A stretch of 64,000 nt of DNA from a virus (lineage: Duplodnaviria > Caudoviricetes). Both the position numbers and the translations under genes were made by a program. The notes beneath the pieces are model-generated. The model saw nothing but the letters and a program-made list of their open reading frames with translations. It ran no database searches and was not told the origin of the DNA. The stretch is from IMG/VR virus record IMGVR_UViG_3300042558_004043. One strand, given 5' to 3'. This document shows positions 62,753-64,000 of this stretch, piece after piece. The number at the start of each line of letters is the position of its first letter. Position 1 is the first letter of the stretch.

Positions 62753-64000
62753 TTATGCGTTAGTCACATTCCATGATTTTGGGGCGGCGGTTAATTGAGC
62801 CTTACACCATAAACCTGTTCCTACTGTATTTGATGGACCTGAAGGTGAGGAATTAAACCAATATGTAACGTTAGTTTGATTCTCTAATGATAACTTACCT
62901 CCTGTTGGTAAACCACCAACCGCACCAACTAAACTATTCAAATTACATAAAATAAAATCAACCGATGATTGATTCAAAAGGTTATTCCTCATATCCAATA
63001 GTTTTAAACTTGTTGCTGAACTAAAACTTGTAGACCAATTTACAATTGGATTTGCATTAATGGTTAATCCTGTCAAAGAAGACGGAAAAGAATTTCCTAA
63101 AGGTAATAAATTATATTGATTATTTATTTGGTTATTAGAAATATCTAAAGATAATAGAGATATATTTGAATTTAAATTTGTTAAATTAGTTATAAAATTT
63201 TGGGCTAAAATCAAAGTTAGATTAGTGGTTGTATTTACATAACTTAAATCAAATGTGGTCAAATTGTTGCCAATAAAACTAATACTGTCAGTCGAGGATG
63301 GAAATTGAGTTGACCAACTAGAAAGAGACACTGAATTAAGTATAAAACTTGATAAATTAGTACAATTAATTAAAGGAATATTCCAAGTCGGAAACGTATT
63401 TGTACCTCCGCCAGAACCACCTATACTTTCTGCGTTAAATTTAACTAAACTTGTAGGTAAAGACGTTGGTAATGATGACATACCATTTAAACGATTAGCT
63501 TGTAGTGACAAATTTTGAACTGTATTTGGTAATGGAGGTAATGATAATAAATCGTTGTAAGCTAAATCTAGTGTTATTAAACTTGTGCAAGATATGATTG
63601 TTGGTGTTATTCCGGTGATACGATTGTTACTTAAATTTAAAACTGTCATCAAAGTATTTGATGATAAATTTATATTAAATCCTGACAATCCAAAAGGATA
63701 TCCTAAATTCGCATCTTCAATCCTATTATTGGAAAATAAGACTGATACTACCCGTGTCGGTAAATCATAAGTCCAACCTGTCAAATTATTGTTATTTACA
63801 TGGAATTGACTAACGGTGTTGGTACATGAGGTAAAACCGTTAGGTGCGTTAACATATTTTAATGCACATTTATTATTAGGGCCATGTAATAAAAAAGTAG
63901 TTAGGTTTGTAGGAGGTATAATTGTTACATTAACTAGTTGTACATTATTTTTAAAACTAAAAGTAAAACTCGTAGCAACATTGGTTGAAAAATCATGGTT
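62753..64000 (-). CDS. Leucine-rich-repeat protein (5'-truncated by window edge)
   Basis: Repeated LxxLxLxxNxL (LTVLNLSNNRI, LITLDLAYNDL, LLSLDISNNQI, LKLLDMRNNLL). I translated 63785-64000 in frame and found no stop, so the ORF runs past the window end. Confidence 0.85.
   Translation of the reverse strand, partial: NHDFSTNVATSFTFSFKNNVQLVNVTIIPPTNLTTFLLHGPNNKCALKYVNAPNGFTSCTNTVSQFHVNNNNLTGWTYDLPTRVVSVLFSNNRIEDANLGYPFGLSGFNINLSSNTLMTVLNLSNNRITGITPTIISCTSLITLDLAYNDLLSLPPLPNTVQNLSLQANRLNGMSSLPTSLPTSLVKFNAESIGGSGGGTNTFPTWNIPLINCTNLSSFILNSVSLSSWSTQFPSSTDSISFIGNNLTTFDLSYVNTTTNLTLILAQNFITNLTNLNSNISLLSLDISNNQINNQYNLLPLGNSFPSSLTGLTINANPIVNWSTSFSSATSLKLLDMRNNLLNQSSVDFILCNLNSLVGAVGGLPTGGKLSLENQTNVTYWFNSSPSGPSNTVGTGLWCKAQLTAAPKSWNVTNA

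Noticed and set aside
67-63770. Many 60-125-aa track ORFs nested in or antisense to long genes (e.g. 3421-3684, 9827-10117, 28822-29151, 29540-29914, 31238-31555, 34458-34757)
   Set aside because: Fully contained in well-supported CDSs, with no recognisable motifs or independent start context.
1-64000. Stop-codon reassignment, as in some large phages
   Set aside because: Standard-code ORFs are long and tile the window almost completely; TAA, TAG and TGA all end genes at sensible boundaries.
1-64000. CRISPR arrays, tRNAs, rRNA or long structured ncRNA
   Set aside because: All intergenic gaps are under about 125 nt, with no repeat-spacer periodicity or cloverleaf pattern seen by eye. A tRNAscan/Infernal run would be definitive.
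54141-64000. Diversity-generating retroelement acting on fibre genes
   Set aside because: No reverse transcriptase in the window and no near-identical template/variable repeat pair seen. The repeats are divergent protein-level repeats.

Overview
A 64-kb, AT-rich, almost fully coding segment of a large T4-like myovirus (jumbo-phage type) read in the standard code. No capsid, portal, terminase, tRNA, CRISPR array or mobile element is visible. It starts inside a family-B DNA polymerase. A short minus-strand block follows (hypothetical, gp13-like neck protein, Mn-type superoxide dismutase, SNF2 helicase). Next is a tail module (neck/terminator proteins, 1195-aa sheath, HAD hydrolase, tube, chaperone pair, tape measure, very large baseplate/hub proteins), then a replication block behind a canonical sigma70 promoter (gp32-like SSB, RecA/UvsX, 5'-3' exonuclease, DnaB-like helicase, NrdB, NrdA). 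A second baseplate/fibre module (gp25, gp6, large unknown proteins, SprB-repeat proteins), a RuvC-like resolvase and a truncated leucine-rich-repeat gene end the window. Most notable by-eye observations: (1) four probable late proteins, including the SOD and the HAD enzyme, have short N-terminal leaders ending in (I/L)-T-E, suggesting protease-cleaved capsid targeting of enzyme cargo; (2) a TATTTAT motif lies upstream of 15 gene starts; (3) a candidate +1 frameshift joins the two ORFs before the tape measure gene; (4) three uncalled micro-ORFs (Zn ribbon, ribbon-helix-helix, C2H2-like); (5) OmpA-like, degenerate GH73-like, SprB, LRR and membrane-like segments in probable virion proteins. All family assignments come from motif recognition by eye, not database searches. 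A Bacteroidota host is suggested but not proven.
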